Counted from the stretch's first letter, positions 32,671 through 42,409 are shown. The stretch: DNA of 64,000 nt from Phormidesmis sp. (GCA_965248535.1 CBDFJR010000002.1:1696001-1760000), one strand, 5' to 3'. Translations and numbers: made by a program. Notes: generated by a model from the letters alone, not told the origin.

Positions 32671-32963
32671 GATCTTCCTCCGATGTGTTTGGTCGGATGT
32701 CGCTTAGAAAATAGCCCGGTCATACTCAGACCTGTTGCGAGTAAGCCGAGCAATCCCAGCCCATTCAGAACAGGTAAAGTTGCTGCTAGTCCAAAGATTT
32801 CAAAGGTATGAACTTTCAGCAAGAATCCAACAAACTCGTCTTGGTGGAGCCATTGATCGGCGATCGCGAGGCTAATTCCGCTAGTTGCTGTCACGAGTAG
32901 CGGCAGGCAGAGGACGATCGCTAAAAACCGATGATATTTCCGCAATGTTAGCTTCATGGGCAA
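32667..32963 (-). CDS. Small PepSY-associated TM helix protein
   Basis: RKYHR..A...PL...ATSG, LKVHT, LNGLGL. Confidence 0.75.
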   Translation of the reverse strand: MPMKLTLRKYHRFLAIVLCLPLLVTATSGISLAIADQWLHQDEFVGFLLKVHTFEIFGLAATLPVLNGLGLLGLLATGLSMTGLFSKRHPTKHIGGRS

Positions 32964-33081
32964 TCTCCAAAAATGGGGTGATATCTCAAAAAACTGTTGA
33001 AAGAAGTGGTTCAGCCAGCGCGCTCTGAGCGTGTTCTAGAGACATCACTGGCTGAGGAATTCGTCTATCTTCATTCCTGAA

Positions 33082-33105
33082 GACGATTGGACTGCGACTT
33101 TGGAT
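33082..33105 (-). promoter_or_regulatory. ECF sigma promoter ATCC-N16-CGTC
   Basis: Same motif and spacing at 33732-33755 (-) and 33849-33872 (+). Confidence 0.75.
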
Positions 33106-33139
33106 TTAAAGCTGCTAAATGCCTCAATAGACACGAAGG

Positions 33140-33502
33140 TTAGTCTTCTGAAAATGATTTCAGTTGACTCTCAAGAGCCTGTGAGTAACTCTGGTCAGTT
33201 AACATCTGTTCTGGGAGCCGATGCGCTTTAATTGCAGCTTGAACAACATCTTTGGCGCTCACAGTGCCAGCCTCTAGCTCTGAGACTAGCAACTGTCCAC
33301 CCGGAATGCCTTGATCTTGCAGATAGCCTCGATAGGCAAGAAATGATAAATCGAAGGGGGTTAGCTGGCTGACAGCAGGGTTGGCTGTCACAACCGGGTT
33401 CAATGCCGACGAGTCAACTGGCATAGACTGAGCTTTGACAACAGATGGGCTAGCAACCGCAATGACTAGCATGGACAAAACAGTAGGAACGAACCGTTGC
33501 AT
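33140..33502 (-). CDS. Secreted hypothetical protein
   Basis: Signal peptide; TPFDL..LAYRGYLQDQGIPG motif. Confidence 0.75.
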   Translation of the reverse strand: MQRFVPTVLSMLVIAVASPSVVKAQSMPVDSSALNPVVTANPAVSQLTPFDLSFLAYRGYLQDQGIPGGQLLVSELEAGTVSAKDVVQAAIKAHRLPEQMLTDQSYSQALESQLKSFSED

Positions 33503-33731
33503 AGGAAGACCTCATTAACAAATGGTTTTCTGGACTACAGCAAATTGATCAATTTGGCTCCAACGATCGCTGTCTAGACAGGTAAAACTGCCCCGATAGC
33601 TTGCGCGGAGTCTAGGAGAATTTGACTGAGAAAAGCTGTAGGAGGGAGGCTGTTTAGTGGGTGAGCGGAGATCTTTAAGAAGTGAGTTTCTGAAGATTGC
33701 GCTGGCTAACTGTCTCCTTTCTATTTATCCA

Positions 33732-33755
33732 GACGACCGAACTAAACGGTTGGAT
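33732..33755 (-). promoter_or_regulatory. ECF sigma promoter ATCC-N16-CGTC
   Basis: tttaaATCCaa...CGTC, closely matching 33082-33110. Confidence 0.75.
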
Positions 33756-33848
33756 TTAAACGATTCAGAAAGATATGCAACTAAAACCCAAACGTAAGAA
33801 GGCAGAATGGATTCGGGGTTTTGAGTTCTGATTTTCCCCTTTAGAGTC

Positions 33849-33872
33849 ATCCAGTTGGCTTTACCAATCGTT
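33849..33872 (+). promoter_or_regulatory. ECF autoregulatory promoter ATCC-N16-CGTT
   Basis: Directly upstream of the ECF sigma gene. Confidence 0.7.
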
Positions 33873-33906
33873 TTAGAAATGAAAGAAACGCTGTTTTATT
33901 CTTAAG

Positions 33907-34563
33907 GTGGAGGGTGTGAAACGAGCATTGAAACCCACGCAGCAACGATCGATCCAGAGCGATTTATGGAAAGATATGGAGCCAAGTTCTCACCGTGGCT
34001 CAAATAATGAGCCTGCCGTAACCGATACAGAGATTCTTCATGCGCTGAAGAACAAACATCCAATGGCGCTAGAGAGGCTCTACGATCGCTTTGGCGGAGT
34101 GGTGTATGGCGTGGCACTCAAGGTGTTGAAAAACCATTCAGAAGCTGAAGATCTCACCCAGGAGATTTTTCTAGCACTGTGGCATCGTGCCGCTTTTGAC
34201 CCGGATCACGGTTGTTTCGTCCGCTATCTGATCACAATGACGCGATCGCGAGCGATCGACAAACTGCGCTCCCGTGGGAGAACCTTGAATCTGCTCCAGC
34301 GTTGGGGGCAAACCGCCCATGCAGAGACGACTTCGCCTACACCTTTTGAGCAAGCAGCTTTAACCGAGCGCTCTCAATTTGTGCGCGAGGCATTGACGCA
34401 TCTATCCGATCAACAGCGTCGGGTGATTGAGATGGCTTACGACAAAGGACTTAGCCAATCAGAAATTGCTCAACACTTGAATATGCCATTGGGAACCGTT
34501 AAAAGCTGGACTCGCCAAGCCCTGCTGAAACTCAAGCCTCTCTTACAAGACTCTATTGATTAG
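33907..34563 (+). CDS. ECF RNA polymerase sigma factor (SigK-like)
   Basis: EAEDLTQEIF, RSRAIDKLR, GLSQSEIA...PLGTVKS; true start may be 33976. Confidence 0.93.
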   Translation: MEGVKRALKPTQQRSIQSDLWKDMEPSSHRGSNNEPAVTDTEILHALKNKHPMALERLYDRFGGVVYGVALKVLKNHSEAEDLTQEIFLALWHRAAFDPDHGCFVRYLITMTRSRAIDKLRSRGRTLNLLQRWGQTAHAETTSPTPFEQAALTERSQFVREALTHLSDQQRRVIEMAYDKGLSQSEIAQHLNMPLGTVKSWTRQALLKLKPLLQDSID

Positions 34564-35320
34564 CCCTATGAGCGAACCTCTATTTTCCGAATTTATCGAC
34601 CCACTAGCAGCGGGGTATGTGCTGGGTGATCTCGATCGCGAAGAAACGGAACTCTTTGAGCAACGGTTGGCAACCGATCCAGAGTTAGCCCAAGAAGTTA
34701 GCCGTCTTCGAGTTGTTCTAGAAGAAGTACTTTATGGACTCAATGAAGTTAAACCACCTCAGCAGCTTCGAGCCGCTATTCTTCAGTCTGTTCATTCTTC
34801 AAAGCAGCCTTGGTTAGAGCAAAGCGCAACTGCAAAGCAGCCGACCTCAAGACGGCGACCCCTACCGTGGAACAAAGTCATGGGTAGTATTGCGGCTTTG
34901 TTTATGCTGGCATTGGGATTAGATAACTATCAATTACGACAGGAGTTGACTCATACCCAAGAGGTCAGTACTTTGCTGCAACAGGCTGAAACTCGTCTTT
35001 TCTCCCTCCAAGGAATGCAAGCGGCAAAGCAAGCGCAAGGGAGCTTTGTCCTAAATCTAGGGCAACAAAAAGGAGTTCTCGCAGTTCAAAATCTTCCGGC
35101 TCCGCCTGCTGGAAAGGTCTATCGGCTTTGGGCAGTGGTGGATGGAGAAAAGATTCCGTGCGGGCGATTAAGCGTCAATCCCCAAGGCACCGTGCTAGAG
35201 AAATTTTCTATGCCTGCTGACTTTTATGAAGCAGGGATATCAGCGCTAGTGGTTACTTTAGAGCCTTCTGAGGCGGCTCGGCAACCCGTCGGCCCGATCG
35301 TGATGACGAGTCGCGTGTAG
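34556..35320 (+). CDS. Anti-sigma factor (RskA family)
   Basis: AAGYVLGDL, PPQQLRAAIL, one TM helix, LPAPPAGKVYRLW, VTLEP. Confidence 0.9.
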   Translation: MISPMSEPLFSEFIDPLAAGYVLGDLDREETELFEQRLATDPELAQEVSRLRVVLEEVLYGLNEVKPPQQLRAAILQSVHSSKQPWLEQSATAKQPTSRRRPLPWNKVMGSIAALFMLALGLDNYQLRQELTHTQEVSTLLQQAETRLFSLQGMQAAKQAQGSFVLNLGQQKGVLAVQNLPAPPAGKVYRLWAVVDGEKIPCGRLSVNPQGTVLEKFSMPADFYEAGISALVVTLEPSEAARQPVGPIVMTSRV

Positions 35321-35352
35321 TCTATCTAACCTCTTGCACCATTGTCAACAAG

Positions 35353-35546
35353 CTAGTAGTTCACCCATTCAACTTTGACTAGTACAGAGCTTTGGTGATA
35401 ATGGGATAGTCTTGGGCTGCCAACCCTTGGGGGCGTGCCCCCAAACCCCCATTGGGGGACGGTTGCCTCCCCCAAACCCCCTGCAAACGAAATCTTGGTT
35501 AAGGAGTTCGATATGACTCCTCAGAGTTAGTTTGGCGGACTACTAG
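35353..35546. mobile_element. MITE-like element
   Basis: Terminal inverted repeats CTAGTAGTTCACC / GGCGGACTACTAG; internal GGGGG/CCCCCAAACCCCC hairpins. Confidence 0.6.
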
Positions 35547-35563
35547 GTTTTGTGCCCCAATTT

Positions 35564-38251
35564 CTATAGCCAATTGCCTACAAGCGTTAGGGCAGCCCAA
35601 TAGCCCGGATGATGTCTGGCTCCTGAATGGTGTTGCAGCCAAATTTTTTGGGCGACTTGCAACGCCTTTGCCCGACCCATGCCTTGATTGAGATTTTGGT
35701 AAAACTGGGCAATCAGGTCGGCGGTTGCTTGATCGTCTACCTGCCAGAGAGATGCGATCGCGCTTTTTGCCCCCGCCTGAAGCGAAATTCCAGCAATGCC
35801 AAGTGCATCACGATCGCTTCCGACCGCCGTTTCGCAAGCGGTCAGGGTCAACAGTTCTAGCGGTTTTCCGACCGTTTGCAGAATTTGGTAAAGCTGATTC
35901 ATGGTCAGCTTTTCATTGTAGTTTTGAGGGTTAGATTTTGAGGCTGCTGGCTCTGGAATTTGTTTGCCTGTCACCAGAAATGTGTCTCGCGAATCGATGC
36001 CAAATTTGCCGTGGGTGGCAAGGTGAACGATCGGAAAAGAATTTTGCGTAAGTTCTTGTTTGAGGCGATCGATGGTGAAGGCTTCATCGATAAATTCTTT
36101 GCTGCCCGGAAGGGTTTTAGTAATGCGATCGAGTTCGGTTTTGACATAGCTTAGAGACTCAAAAAAGGTCGAACTGTTTACTGTAGAAGCTTTTGTCAAG
36201 CCGAATCCTAACACGCGCAGAGACCGTTGTTCAAGCTGAGTTGGCTCAATTAAGGTCAGACTGAGGGTACTCGCGATCGCATATTGTTCAACTAAAAACT
36301 GCTTGCCATCATATAGGGCAGTCATGGGAACACTGCGGAGAATTCCATCTTGAATGAATACTAGCGTTTCAATCTCTGCTGTCTGCAAATCTTGAGCAAA
36401 GGGACGAATTAGCCAGTCATAGACTTGCTGTGAGGGTTGTTGATAGGTGTTAGCTAAATCGGATCGATTCTCTAATTTGAGGCGCAGATCATTCACTGTT
36501 GCAACTACAGTTTGACTTTGAGCAGGTATCCAGCGCACGATTGACTGTGATTTAGGCAAAGCGAGAATGACCGCAATTCGATTCTTAAGAATGATGGTGC
36601 TAAAAACCGCAGTTCTATCATTTACTAGAGCCACAGGTTTTGCAAGTGCGGTAATTGTGCAATCTTCTCCTAGATAGTTTTGCAATTCTGCAAGCCTTAA
36701 ACTATCGATGGTCTCTAATGCAGATTCAATATTCTCTTTCTGCTTCTCTAGCGTTTTATTTGGCGTTATAGATTGTAGTTGCAGTTCAGTTAATTCTCGA
36801 TAGACAGGTTCAACTAAGTCGCGAAAATCAAACTGAAAATCACGACTTGCGATCGCTAAATTCCCCCGAATTTCTTGCAAGGCTTTGACCGAGCTTTCGT
36901 AAGCCGCGATTGCTTTCGGCAACAGCGAAGCTCTTGCTGCTGTTGTTCTTCCTTGTGCTTGTAAAATTCGTCCCGTTTGCCAGTCCCACAAATAACGGTT
37001 TGCTTGATTTTGCGCGGCGAACTGGGCCTGTTGCGTCAGGGTTAGTGCCTGAGTAAAACTTTGCTGGCATTCGTAGAAATGCCCCAAACGTCCTAATGCA
37101 AAAGATTCAGCTTGCTGATCGCGAATGCGTTGTGAAACCGCGATCGCCTGATTGAGCAATGTCACGGTCTCAGCAGGAATTTGGGGCAAACACTGGACAT
37201 TAGGATTAAACTTGGAACTATCGCGGGTTAACTGTTGCAGCAAGTTGGCGAGTCGAATCAACCCATAGGCTTTGTCGCGAGAATCGGGTAAGCGATTAGC
37301 GCAAGGCGCAACTCCGCAGGAACCGTAAAGATCAAGCGCTTGTTTGAGCGTGTTTTCGGCAATTTGTGACTCGCTAAAACTGCGTTGGTAAGAGGTTGCT
37401 AAATTTAGCAGTGCGTGACTTTCGTCGGTGGCATTGTTCTGCTGACGAGCCGCCATGACAACGGCTTCAAAGAATTGGACAGCCTTGAGATCGTGGTCTA
37501 TTGCCTGCTGAGTAAACCTATCTATTGCCGCGCGATCGTCTGACTCTGACGCATATTCAGCATAACGATAATCTCGTTTTGCAAGATTTGCATAAGTGTT
37601 TCCTAGTCCATTCTTAGCTGCAATTATGTAAGCTGAATTTTTGATCGTTTCAGCGATCGCTAAACTCTTTTCTAGCAGTCGCAACGATATTTCATAGTCA
37701 CCTTGCAATCGATAAATATTTCCTAAGCTTCCCAATCCGGCGGCTTCTCCAAGCTGATCTGACTGCTGATGTGCGATCGCTAATGCACTGTCTTCTTTAC
37801 AATCTGATTCTGGTTGCTGACCACAGAGAAGCGCGATCGCTTTGCGCTGTTGCCCTAAGTTACTATAAGCCTGTGCTTGTTCAGTGAGGATTCTTCCGAG
37901 TTGGACACGATCGCCGATCTTCTGATAATAGGCAATGAGTGAATTGAGAGATGCGATCGCATCATTAACCTGTCCCATTTGTGAATAAACCCGTGCTAAA
38001 TATTTGAGAAGCACGATTTGATCTTCAGCACTTGGATGATTGCTTAATGCAGTGTTCCAAAGCGTGATCGCACCTTGAAAATCTCCAGCCTGATAGCGCT
38101 CTAACCCCTGCTGAATGGATGAGTTAACAGTTTGGGCTATGACAACGTGATCTACTGCAATGGATTTGAATGTTAGGGAAATGTGACCCCAGCCTAAGCA
38201 AAGCGTAAAGCTAATCAAGAATAAGACACTGAGCCAGCGTCGTTTCAACAT
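35564..38251 (-). CDS. Secreted TPR + CHAT (caspase-family) protein
   Basis: Signal peptide, TPR repeats, IVHLATHG and LTACETA catalytic His/Cys, SLWQVDD, HPGYWAALTLVGNWL. Confidence 0.95.
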   Translation of the reverse strand: MLKRRWLSVLFLISFTLCLGWGHISLTFKSIAVDHVVIAQTVNSSIQQGLERYQAGDFQGAITLWNTALSNHPSAEDQIVLLKYLARVYSQMGQVNDAIASLNSLIAYYQKIGDRVQLGRILTEQAQAYSNLGQQRKAIALLCGQQPESDCKEDSALAIAHQQSDQLGEAAGLGSLGNIYRLQGDYEISLRLLEKSLAIAETIKNSAYIIAAKNGLGNTYANLAKRDYRYAEYASESDDRAAIDRFTQQAIDHDLKAVQFFEAVVMAARQQNNATDESHALLNLATSYQRSFSESQIAENTLKQALDLYGSCGVAPCANRLPDSRDKAYGLIRLANLLQQLTRDSSKFNPNVQCLPQIPAETVTLLNQAIAVSQRIRDQQAESFALGRLGHFYECQQSFTQALTLTQQAQFAAQNQANRYLWDWQTGRILQAQGRTTAARASLLPKAIAAYESSVKALQEIRGNLAIASRDFQFDFRDLVEPVYRELTELQLQSITPNKTLEKQKENIESALETIDSLRLAELQNYLGEDCTITALAKPVALVNDRTAVFSTIILKNRIAVILALPKSQSIVRWIPAQSQTVVATVNDLRLKLENRSDLANTYQQPSQQVYDWLIRPFAQDLQTAEIETLVFIQDGILRSVPMTALYDGKQFLVEQYAIASTLSLTLIEPTQLEQRSLRVLGFGLTKASTVNSSTFFESLSYVKTELDRITKTLPGSKEFIDEAFTIDRLKQELTQNSFPIVHLATHGKFGIDSRDTFLVTGKQIPEPAASKSNPQNYNEKLTMNQLYQILQTVGKPLELLTLTACETAVGSDRDALGIAGISLQAGAKSAIASLWQVDDQATADLIAQFYQNLNQGMGRAKALQVAQKIWLQHHSGARHHPGYWAALTLVGNWL
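36906..36937 (+). mobile_element. 24-nt short double-hairpin insertion in a HIP1-like site
   Basis: GCGAT[TGCTTTCGGCAACAGCGAAGCTCT]TGC; adds RASLLPKA within the TPR motif AIAAY. Confidence 0.55.
37292..37326 (+). mobile_element. 27-nt short dispersed element, second copy
   Basis: GCGAT[TAGCGCAAGGCGCAACTCCGCAGGAAC]CGT; adds 9 codons to the CHAT protein. Confidence 0.75.
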
Positions 38252-38356
38252 AACCTAATCTCGCGATCGTAGGAAATAATGATAGGGTTTTACCATGCTT
38301 TCCTGGTGATCTGGACGATCGTTGAACAAACTTTATTGCATTCTAGGAGTGAGATT

Positions 38357-41137
38357 GTGAGGACTCAAGTTTGGATGCAGATATTATGTCAGATGACTGC
38401 GATTGCACTGAGTAGCCGTTGCATGGCTCAAGTGGTGCCTGATCAGACCTTACCACTGGGGGAACGATCGCAGGTTTCTGGCAATCCTAATACTCAAATT
38501 AATGGGGGTGCAATTCGAGGAAGCAACTTATTTCACAGCTTTCAACAGTTTTCAATTCCTACAGGTGGCAGTGTTGTTTTTAACAATGGCTCAACGATTA
38601 CTAACATCATTAACCGAGTAACTGGAAGCAGTCGCTCTGACATTGACGGATTGATTCGCGCTAACGGCACTGCAAACGTCTTCTTAATCAATCCCAATGG
38701 GATTTTGTTTGGTGCAAATGCACGGCTGGAAATTGGCGGCTCATTTTTAGCTAGTACTGCAAACAGTCTTATATTCGATGATGGTTATTCCTTTAGTTCA
38801 ATAAACCCACAAGTGCCGCCGTTACTGACTATCAGCACCCCGATCGGATTGCGGTTTGGCAACAAGACTGAACCAATTCGAGTGCAGGGAAATGGGCAAG
38901 AATTAAGAGATTTTGTTGCCAACTCTCCACTCATCGACACAACAAAGGGCTTACAGGTTCCATTTAATCAAACGTTAGCGTTAGTGGGAGGTGAAATCTC
39001 TTTAGAAGGAGCACTGCTGAAAACGGCTGGAGGAAGGATAGAACTAGGCAGTGTTTTAGACAACAGCCTAGTTAGCCTCACTCCCACAGGTAAAGGCTTT
39101 GCTTTAGGTTATGATGCAGTGCAAAACTTTGGAGCTATTCAACTTTTTCAAAGAGCTTATGTCGATGCGAGTGGGGAAGGTGGCGGTGATATTTCCATTC
39201 AAGGTGGGCGCATTGTTCTGGCAGGTGCTTCTACGATCGAAGCAAGCACTTTACGAGCAAAACCAGGAGGAAGCTTTACTATCAATGCGCGATCGTCGCT
39301 TGAGATCACTGGAGGAGATACCCTCGCCGAAGAAAGTGGATTATTTGCAGTCACCTATCCAAAAACTACTGGCTCTGGGGGCAACTTGACGATCAATACA
39401 CCGACTTTGCTGGTGCGGAACGGTGGAGAAATCAGTGTCAGTACGTTTGCCGAAGGAACTAGTGGCAATATAGCCATCAATGCTCCTCAGAGCCTGCAAC
39501 TGATAGGAACTTCTAAGGATGGCATGGTGCGCGGTGGTCTATTTGCCAGAGCAAATGGAACCATTGGTGCAGCAGGCAACCTAACGCTTGACACGGGAAC
39601 TTTGATCATCAGAGATGGGGCACAACTCAGCGTTGGTACACGCAGTGCGGGCAATAGCGGAAACATAATCATTAACGCTACTCAAGGCGTAGAATTGAGC
39701 GGCACTTCTGCAAAAAGAGAGTTTTCTAGCGGCTTATTTGCCCAAGCTAATGCAGGTGCAAGTGGAGCAGGCGGAAACATAACAGTCAACACACCGACGT
39801 TGCTAATGCAGAATGGAGCCATAATTGCGGGTGGAACTCTTGGTGAAGGCTCCGCAGGAAGCATAACAATCAATGCTCCCCAAGGAATACACCTGATTGG
39901 AACCTCGCCGAGTGGTGAGCAATCTAGCGGCTTATTTTTGTTTGCTGCGCTAGGCTCAACCGGAGCAGGTGGAGATCTAACAATCAACACGTCTGATTTG
40001 TTGGTAGAGAAGGGAGCCGCAGTGACTGTCGGGACTGATGGTGCGGGCAATGCAGGAACTTTAACGGTAAATGCGACAGATGCGGTGAAAGTCATCGGTA
40101 GCTCTTTTGATGGTCGATATCCCAGCGCTCTGGCTGCTTCAGCAGAGTTGCACTCAACAGGAGCCGCAGGAAAGTTATTCATCAACACTCCTTCGTTGCT
40201 CGTGCAAAATGGAGCAGCGATCAGTGCAGCTACATCAGGCACGGGGGATGGGGGCGAATTGAGCGTGAATGCACCAAATTCAGTTCTAATCAGTGGGAGC
40301 GATTTCACAGGTCGCGTCAGCGCCTTACGGACTTTGACTGAAGGCAGCGGCAACGGCGGGTCACTTTCAATTTTCACCACGAGGTTGCAAGTTCAGAACA
40401 AGGCAGAAATCACGGTTGGCAGTACTGGAATAGGACGATCGGGCAACCTACAAATTCAGGCAAACTCAATTAATCTAGACAATCAAGCTTCTCTGAGTGC
40501 CAGCACGACCAGTGATCGATCGGGAAACCAGGCGAATATTACTTTAACCTCAAATAATTTAGTGTTGCGTCACGGTAGCCGTATTACCACTAATGCTACT
40601 GGAAGTGCTAATGGTGGCAACATTAATCTCAAAAGTGACTTTATCATTGCAGTTCCCAAAGAAAATAGCGATATTAGCGCTAATGCAAAAGAAAGCTTGG
40701 GGGGACGAGTCATCATCACGGCTGAAGGTATCTTTGGGATTCAGCTTCGCGATCGCCTCACTCCCCTCAGCGACATCACAGCAACTTCCGATTTGGGATC
40801 TCAGTTTAATGGAGTCGTGACGATCAACAAACCCGATGTTGACCTAAACCGGGGACTCGTCGCGCTGCCTACAGAACTTATTGACCCTAATGTTCTCATT
40901 GCGAATAGTTGTGTGGCACGTCGCCGTCGTCAAGGTCGCTTTGTGATTACGGGAACCGGAGGATTGGCAACTCAGCCTGATGACTTGGCAAACGCTGCTT
41001 TTCCAACCTATGAGCTAGTTCCTGATCCTGCAAAAGCAGAGAATGTTCGTCCGTCGCCATCTACTTCAGTCACAGAACCCGATCGTATCTATCACCTCGC
41101 GAATGGAGCAGTGGTTTTAGGTCGATCGTGCGAGTAA
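38357..41137 (+). CDS. Filamentous haemagglutinin N-terminal (TPS) domain beta-helical protein 1
   Basis: NLFHSFQQF, NIINRVTG, INPNGILFG, GNAGNITIN repeats; start placed at GTG after AGGAG. Confidence 0.92.
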   Translation: MRTQVWMQILCQMTAIALSSRCMAQVVPDQTLPLGERSQVSGNPNTQINGGAIRGSNLFHSFQQFSIPTGGSVVFNNGSTITNIINRVTGSSRSDIDGLIRANGTANVFLINPNGILFGANARLEIGGSFLASTANSLIFDDGYSFSSINPQVPPLLTISTPIGLRFGNKTEPIRVQGNGQELRDFVANSPLIDTTKGLQVPFNQTLALVGGEISLEGALLKTAGGRIELGSVLDNSLVSLTPTGKGFALGYDAVQNFGAIQLFQRAYVDASGEGGGDISIQGGRIVLAGASTIEASTLRAKPGGSFTINARSSLEITGGDTLAEESGLFAVTYPKTTGSGGNLTINTPTLLVRNGGEISVSTFAEGTSGNIAINAPQSLQLIGTSKDGMVRGGLFARANGTIGAAGNLTLDTGTLIIRDGAQLSVGTRSAGNSGNIIINATQGVELSGTSAKREFSSGLFAQANAGASGAGGNITVNTPTLLMQNGAIIAGGTLGEGSAGSITINAPQGIHLIGTSPSGEQSSGLFLFAALGSTGAGGDLTINTSDLLVEKGAAVTVGTDGAGNAGTLTVNATDAVKVIGSSFDGRYPSALAASAELHSTGAAGKLFINTPSLLVQNGAAISAATSGTGDGGELSVNAPNSVLISGSDFTGRVSALRTLTEGSGNGGSLSIFTTRLQVQNKAEITVGSTGIGRSGNLQIQANSINLDNQASLSASTTSDRSGNQANITLTSNNLVLRHGSRITTNATGSANGGNINLKSDFIIAVPKENSDISANAKESLGGRVIITAEGIFGIQLRDRLTPLSDITATSDLGSQFNGVVTINKPDVDLNRGLVALPTELIDPNVLIANSCVARRRRQGRFVITGTGGLATQPDDLANAAFPTYELVPDPAKAENVRPSPSTSVTEPDRIYHLANGAVVLGRSCE

Positions 41138-41196
41138 GACACTTTCAATAGATGCGATACAAATGAGCCATCCTGTTCAAGGATGGATAACACGGT

Positions 41197-41640
41197 CTAA
41201 ATCCACGAGTCGAGCGCGAAGGACTGAATCTGCCGAATGCGAGTAAAATCCGAATCTGTGGAGAGCAACGTCAAACCATAGTGAATGGCTGTAGCAGCAA
41301 TCCAAAGATCGTTCTCACCAAAGCCAAGGTTTTGAACTGTGAAGTTGCGCCGTTGAACTTTGTCTCTGGGCCCAAGCTGTTTGATCAAGTCGCCTTTGAG
41401 TCTACCGTAAACATCAGGAACTCCTCGATTCACCGGATAGATCGCAATAGTTTGTAGAAAAGCATTGACTGTTCGGAGATTTTCGACAACGCGATCGGAT
41501 TTGTAGACCATATAGAGCATTTCACCCCGCACGATTACACTCGTTGCAACACCGTTTTCTAAATGTTGGTGAAGCACTTGAAGCAGAGCCGCATCGCCAG
41601 CGATGATGCGACTGCAATGGTTGGTGTCAAGAAGATACAT
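41197..41640 (-). CDS. VapC PIN-domain toxin
   Basis: YLLDTN, GENDLWIAATAI, STDSDF. Confidence 0.93.
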   Translation of the reverse strand: MYLLDTNHCSRIIAGDAALLQVLHQHLENGVATSVIVRGEMLYMVYKSDRVVENLRTVNAFLQTIAIYPVNRGVPDVYGRLKGDLIKQLGPRDKVQRRNFTVQNLGFGENDLWIAATAIHYGLTLLSTDSDFTRIRQIQSFALDSWI

Positions 41641-41642
41641 CG

Positions 41643-41915
41643 TTAAAATTCAGCAGGCAATCGAGAATCATATACAGATTGAAGACATTCCTCAAAATCG
41701 TCGCCTTGCCAAGTTCCAGCAAATTGCAAGAGATCAGCAGCCGTCGAGCCTGTCACGATCGGTTGGTCATTGAGTGGAGAAATTGCCTGAGTTGAAAGAG
41801 TTCCTGAGTGTCTAAATTGGAGGAACTCTATAAAATTGGCGACCAGTGCGAGCTGCTCAGATGGCAGTTGAGCCACTTCTTGCAGCACTTTTTGACGTGT
41901 ATCAGAATCTGTCAT
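41643..41915 (-). CDS. Putative antitoxin (DUF2281-like)
   Basis: VANFIEFL, LLQFAGTWQGDDFEECL; directly upstream of vapC. Confidence 0.75.
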   Translation of the reverse strand: MTDSDTRQKVLQEVAQLPSEQLALVANFIEFLQFRHSGTLSTQAISPLNDQPIVTGSTAADLLQFAGTWQGDDFEECLQSVYDSRLPAEF

Positions 41916-42058
41916 GACAAATGTGCCCTGTTGACTACTCCTACAATTGCGGCTTTTTTCCAGTCGCTTCATTTTACACGAAGTGATCGTGGCTGAATTT
42001 AGTCCATCATAAATTTTCTTAAGGAAGCAAGAAAACGCGATAGATCTCTATTGTAGCT

Positions 42059-42188
42059 GGTGACATTACTGCGAGTTCTAATCAACTTGATGATCGTGCA
42101 AACTCTACGATCTGTTTCGCTCACAGAACCCGATCGCATTTATCGCCTCACGACTGGAGAAGTTGTTTTAGGTCGATCGTGCCATTAA
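42059..42188 (+). pseudogene. Collapsed remnant of an FHA-gene 3' end
   Basis: Reads GDITASSNQLDDRANS, then in another frame SLTEPDRIYRLTTGEVVLGRSCH*, matching the C-termini of both FHA proteins. Confidence 0.85.
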
Positions 42189-42197
42189 ACTTTCGGC

Positions 42198-42261
42198 TTC
42201 CAAGATTGGAAAGTCACCTTCCAAAGATGTCGCTGTATTGCAAGAGCGATCGCTCTAATCT
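42198..42261 (+). promoter_or_regulatory. Conserved promoter with TTCCA-N4-TGGAA operator
   Basis: TTCCAAGATTGGAA, second TTCC...ATGTCG box at +21, TAATCT at +58; same at 44903 and 49391. Confidence 0.75.
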
Positions 42262-42409
42262 AGCGGTATGGAGGAAAAGCAGACAATCTAAATCTTCTAG
42301 GATTCGAGGTTTCCAGAACAGCGTCATTGAGAATTAAACCCCGATTTCATCAAATTGGGTTGCTCACGAGTCAACTTTCTAAACACACAACTTCTTCAAA
42401 GAGAAAATC

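Noticed and set aside
39682..40380. 232-aa antisense ORF and similar shadow ORFs (e.g. 13403-13864, 48215-48553, 51902-52258)
   Set aside because: They lie opposite well-supported genes and reflect codon bias of the real strand
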